DNA of 64,000 bases, taken from NCBI GenBank assembly GCA_964016885.1, contig OZ024742.1:104036001-104100000 (forward strand). The letters are read 5' to 3'. A model generated the notes under the pieces. It saw nothing but the letters and a program-made list of their open reading frames with translations. It made no database searches and was not told the DNA's origin. The position numbers were made by a program, and so were the translations under genes. Shown here piece by piece: positions 59,573 through 64,000 of the stretch. The stretch comes from Eledone cirrhosa. Lineage: Eukaryota. The first letter of the stretch is position 1. Each line of letters begins with the position of its first letter.

Positions 59573-59832
59573 ACTAAAGGTGGAAAACTGGGAGAGGGCA
59601 CTTGCCTTGGTGGTCAGGGTCATTGTGGCTTTTTACTGGGCTTTCTCCACAAATGTCCCTCCGAAGTCTCCCCCCTATTGGGGAATTTTTCATTGTTATT
59701 TTCATTGTTATTTTTGTTACATCCTCTGTTTTTGTTTTTTTACACGCAGAAATGCCCATTTGTACCGTCCTGCATTGTCCTGCACTGTCCTTAATGTCTA
59801 CTTTATGTAAACCCTTGTGGTTAATAAAGAAA

Positions 59833-59874
<42 letters not shown>

Positions 59875-59875
<1 letters not shown>

Positions 59876-60063
59876 GGGCGGTGAATTGGCAGTATCGGTA
59901 GAGGGTTGGATGCCATGCTTTCCTACATAGTTAGGTCCCTTTACGATCTGACTTCAAATCCTGCCGAGGTTAACTTTGCCTTTCATCCATACGGGGTCGA
60001 TAAAATAAAGTACCAGTAATGTACTGAGTAATTGCTGGCCTTGTGCCAAAAGTAGAAACAATT
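59875..60063 (+). mobile_element. tRNA-derived SINE (family A) abutting the array 3' end
   Basis: Highly similar to 18909-19093. Confidence 0.88.
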
Positions 60064-60561
60064 ATTATTATAAATATTATTATTATCATTATTGTTATTG
60101 ATATAAATAATTATTCTTCTAAATAATTATAAATTAACTACGTTCCATTGCCAATGTACAGAGATTGCAGAGTTTCTGTCATACTTAGAGACTTAACACA
60201 AAATAATGCCACACAGTGATAATATGCATACACTATTTTCAAGTTTGTTAATTCAGATGCTTATAGTATCTTCGTTAGTGGACAGATCGTTGTGAAAATT
60301 TGTAATATTAATCTAAAGTAAAAAACTTTAATATGATGCTGTGATAGTCCTGTTACATATTTTTCAAGCATGCTTTGCTAATGCAGTTACGTGTGGTATA
60401 GGATGTTAAGAGTTAAATCACACTGTACCGTCATAAATATTGAATGGGTACATTAGATAATGTAGTTCTAAATGCCATTAAGAAGGCAGGATAGTCACTG
60501 CTATTGATAGTGTAACTACAGAATTAGGGTTGACATTTAACGAAGGGTAAAAATGAGAATT

Positions 60562-61236
60562 TGTTAGATGAATTAACACAATTATTAGATGAATAATAAC
60601 AATAAAGATTTTAGTTTATATATGGTTTATTTCACGTGAATCAATTAAAAAGTACAATAAAACAGTTACCAAAAGTTGAGAAAGTTGACGTTGTCGTCGT
60701 GAGTCTGAGACCATAGTGAGTGAGAGAGAGTAATGGTTTGTATACCTCTGAATGGTCTGTAGTAGTTGGTTGACGTTGTCGTCGTTAGGCTATTTTCTCT
60801 GTATTTCTGTAGACCACTGGTGTCTGTTGATAGCGGTGAATCTTTACATGGCTTGTTGTAATTCGTAGTACTCCGATGTCTCTGTGTTTCTGTAGACCTC
60901 AAGGGCCTGAAGGTAGCGGTGAATCTTTACATAGTTAGTTGCTAGCGTAATGCTCCGATCTTTCTGTCTTTCTGTAGACCACTGGGGTCTGTTGATAGTG
61001 GTGAATCTTTCACATAGCTTGTTCTGTAGTGGGGTGCTCCGATGTCTCTATGTTGAAGGTGGGAAAATATAGGCTTTATATACCTGTCGCTTTCTGCCTC
61101 CCACCTTTAGGAGATAGCCAACGCATCAACCTGTTCACACCAAAAGGGTGGTGACCTAGAATTAGACCTTTAGGTGTCACTCAAGGTTCAAGGCGTGGAC
61201 AGATCTCGCTGCAGACATGCGAATAAACAAAGGTCA
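60562..61236 (-). mobile_element. Possible solo LTR with internal subrepeats
   Basis: TG...CA ends, minus-strand TATATAAAG and AATAAA, three TCTGTAGACC...GGTGAATCTTT subrepeats; no TSD found. Confidence 0.3.
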
Positions 61237-61261
61237 ATAATAATTTGAAAGAATTGTTCCT

Positions 61262-61630
61262 ACTCCCAATGTTGACAACAAAAGTTTCTCCCTACGTACA
61301 AAAGGTCGACTATATGATGCCTGTGTGAAAAGTGCGATGCTGTATGGTAGTGAAACATGGGCTGTGACTGCGCAGGACATGCATAAACTGGAAAAAACGA
61401 AGCAATTATGCTTCGTTGGTGTGCAATGTAAGCGTGAGAGAAAAGCAGAGTTTGGTGTGCAAGAGAAAAGACTGCGTTGGTACGGATACATGTTGCGCAT
61501 GGATGATGATCGCTGGTTGAAGAAGAGCCAGGGAATCCCAGTGGAAGGAAGTTGCAGTGGAAGTAGACCAAGGAAGACCTGGGCAGAGGTGGTGAGAGCT
61601 GATCTCAAACCACAGACTCATGCAAGCGTA
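61262..61630 (+). mobile_element. Degraded RTE 3' fragment
   Basis: KGRLYDACVKSAMLYGSETWAV...KRLRWYGY...RPRKTW. Confidence 0.8.
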
Positions 61631-62539
61631 AATAAAATCTGTATAGTTTAATTTTAAAAAACTGTCTCAAAAATACTGTAAACGTTCATACAAATAATTT
61701 GAAAACTAAATGCAAAAATATCTGTTAAAACAGCCAAATGTCATCAATGACAGCATACGAGTCGGATAAAAATACATCAAAAGACAGAAATCAGTGGCCA
61801 GGGTCGATAAAGAGAAAAGCAAAGCTGTGAGGTGGGTGAGAGGCAGATGAAATATAGAAAAGGACTGTCGCCCTTTGAGAACCAGTAAATAACATGATTA
61901 TATTCATTGTTTTGTTTGCATCCCAGTCTGAATAATCTGTCACAGAGAGATGTGTTTTTGATTTACTTAATTACTGAAAATCTGCAATTAAATATTGAGG
62001 ATGAATAATGTAATGTACTGTTTTTCTTTTTCTTTTTTTAATAAATCGTGATAGTGTTCTCCCGAGACGGGTGTAACAGTAAACAACAACAACTAATTTT
62101 AAGGGTAGTTAGTTGAGGGGTTTGGTTAGAATTTCGAAGGTGAAATTTATTTTTCCTGTGATTCTTTTATGTATTTTGAATGAATATGGCCTTCAAAACC
62201 GTTGTAAAACAAGAAAATAGAAAAAAGAAGAATAAATCAAACAATGAAATAAAGAGGAATTTGAAGGGAGGAGCAAACTTTAAACCCCAGGTTAGGCGGT
62301 TATATCGCAGCTGAATACTTTGAAAAAGATATTGTCATGCAAGACAAATTGAAGTTTAAAAGTGACATAGATTACTGTTTGTCAGATCAACATTTTAAAT
62401 TTAATGGAATGAATTTGCGACAGGGAGATAACTGAATTTGGTTAATTTAAGTTATAAATACAGTGCAATATAAATGAGAAATACTAACGAAAAAGATAGA
62501 GAAAAGAAAAAAGAAATCAAAGCAACGACAGAAAAGGAA

Positions 62540-63645
62540 AATGCACTTGAGGTCGCCCTAGTTGCGTTGGACATTTGTATACTGGGGAACGGTGAGGTCT
62601 TCGTCGATCCAATTGACCAGAACTGACTCCAGTTCCCGGTCCACGCCTGGTTCTACTGTCTTGATGAACCTCGCAGATGAGGGTGCGACCTGAGGAGATT
62701 GAAAATAGGTAGGCCAGTAGTGCTATGTCAGAAGTAGGCCACCAAATTTCAAGGGGTGTCTCGTCTCTTGCCAGCCGGCGCTGTCGAAACTAACATTGGC
62801 GATGGAGGCATCGAATTCAAAGAGGCGAAAAGGTGCACTGCACAGCGTGAAGAGGAGTTTGGGGAGGGTGAAACAATTCTTCAGAAGGAATAGCTCTGAG
62901 TGAGTGTCAATGAAACGCAATATCAATGAAACGCAATGTCTCCGATATACTCGTTAGGTCAGAATGCTTTGTTTCCAGGCACACTCATATGACTTTCCGA
63001 GAATGTATGCATTGTCTTCCGGTGTTAACTGTGCCACAGCCAGGACATGCTGGATGTTAAGTACAGTGTCTTGAAATTCAGTTTCACCGAAGCTCACATT
63101 TATCTTCTCAGACTTGGTGAGATGATCTTAAGTCCAAGGAGCGATAGGGCTGAGGTGACTTGCTGAAGGTCGTTGACAACAGACTCAACCGAGCTATCGA
63201 GTGTTTAGCCGTCCGGGTACCAGACATTGAAGGGTGAGTGGGAAATATCGTCAACACCCAATGCAAAGATGACCGGGCTGAGTGGGCCACCTTGCTGGAC
63301 ATCTGTGGCAGAAGTGATCTTGTTGCCTGCAGCAATCAGTGTTCTGGGTGTCCCATAAGAGAGATGTGTTTTAGACACGTCCCAAAGATGTGATATCGCC
63401 TTACACTGTTAAAAGCGTTTCGCCTATCCAGCTTCACCATAAGGCTAGGTGACGAAGGAGTGTGTCCTCAATGAAGTATCTGGCCGCATGAGCAGCCGCC
63501 TCACATCAGCACTTAACTCATACTCCGAACACAGCTCCTCGCTTAGGTCCACCATGACTGACCTGCAGGCTACTTTGGCCGCAAGTCGCCGAAAAACTTT
63601 GCCTCCTGCAATGGGTCGTATCCATCCCCACCCCCGTTATTCTGC
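62540..63645 (-). mobile_element. Degraded CRE-like retrotransposon RT region
   Basis: Minus-strand remnants IRPIAGGKVFRRLAAK, MVKLDRRNAFNSVRR, LFLLKNCFTLPKLLFTL, with frameshifts. Confidence 0.75.
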
Positions 63646-64000
63646 TTCAACGCAGTAAAAGTTATATGTGCATTTATTTCAAAGTTTATTTTGATCACAC
63701 GCAACTTGGTACATAGTTTTTGTTTTTTTTCATTAATGGCAGCTGAGGTGCTGCCCGTGAGGATGTCTTGTTATTCCAGCGCCGTAGATGTCGGCTTGGT
63801 CGAAACATTCTCTGTTGAGGTGAATAATTGAGTGTGCACGTGCAAGTGAATAATTGAGTGTTACCAACACGAAAAAATAAGGAGATTCTAAAAAATAAGG
63901 ACATATCTATGGAGATAAAAACAAAGACAGCTTATTCTGTCTGAAATCATGTTGATTTAATCTTAGTTTCGGATCTTGATGTGGTCTTATTCTGTTTAGA

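Larger units (their letters stand above)
53802..59874 (+). mobile_element. Full-length Tx1-like LINE, array copy 3 (both ORFs intact)
   Basis: Same termini; slightly more divergent, with in-frame 6-nt and 15-nt insertions in ORF1; longer (TTA)n tail. Confidence 0.96.

Noticed and set aside
42093-59901. Many antisense and alternate-frame ORFs within the LINE array
   Set aside because: Shadows of GC-richer ORF1/ORF2 or low-complexity tracts; no recognisable motifs.

Overview
AT-rich eukaryotic genomic DNA; the repeat families (RTE LINEs with (GAT)n tails, tRNA-derived SINEs, long (TA)n tracts) suggest an octopus or other coleoid cephalopod (inference). One host gene is visible: the last five coding exons of an intact but very divergent SLC1/EAAT-family transporter (+ strand, 4225-23334) that has lost most canonical substrate- and ion-binding residues. 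Its second intron in the window holds three Penelope-like inverted repeats carrying minimal hammerhead ribozymes (one a U3-A8 core variant) and a DD37D Tc1/mariner. The right part has a ~49-copy 60-bp minisatellite and a head-to-tail array of three full-length, nearly intact Tx1-like LINEs (41749-59874) joined by (TTA)n. These LINEs have a structured 5' leader, a possible in-frame mini-intron joining ORF1 and ORF2, and a 3' motif shared with the local SINE family. RTE, CR1, CRE and Tx1 remnants, MITEs, SINEs and a tRNA-Gly pseudogene fill the rest. All analysis was by eye; boundaries of degraded repeats are approximate.
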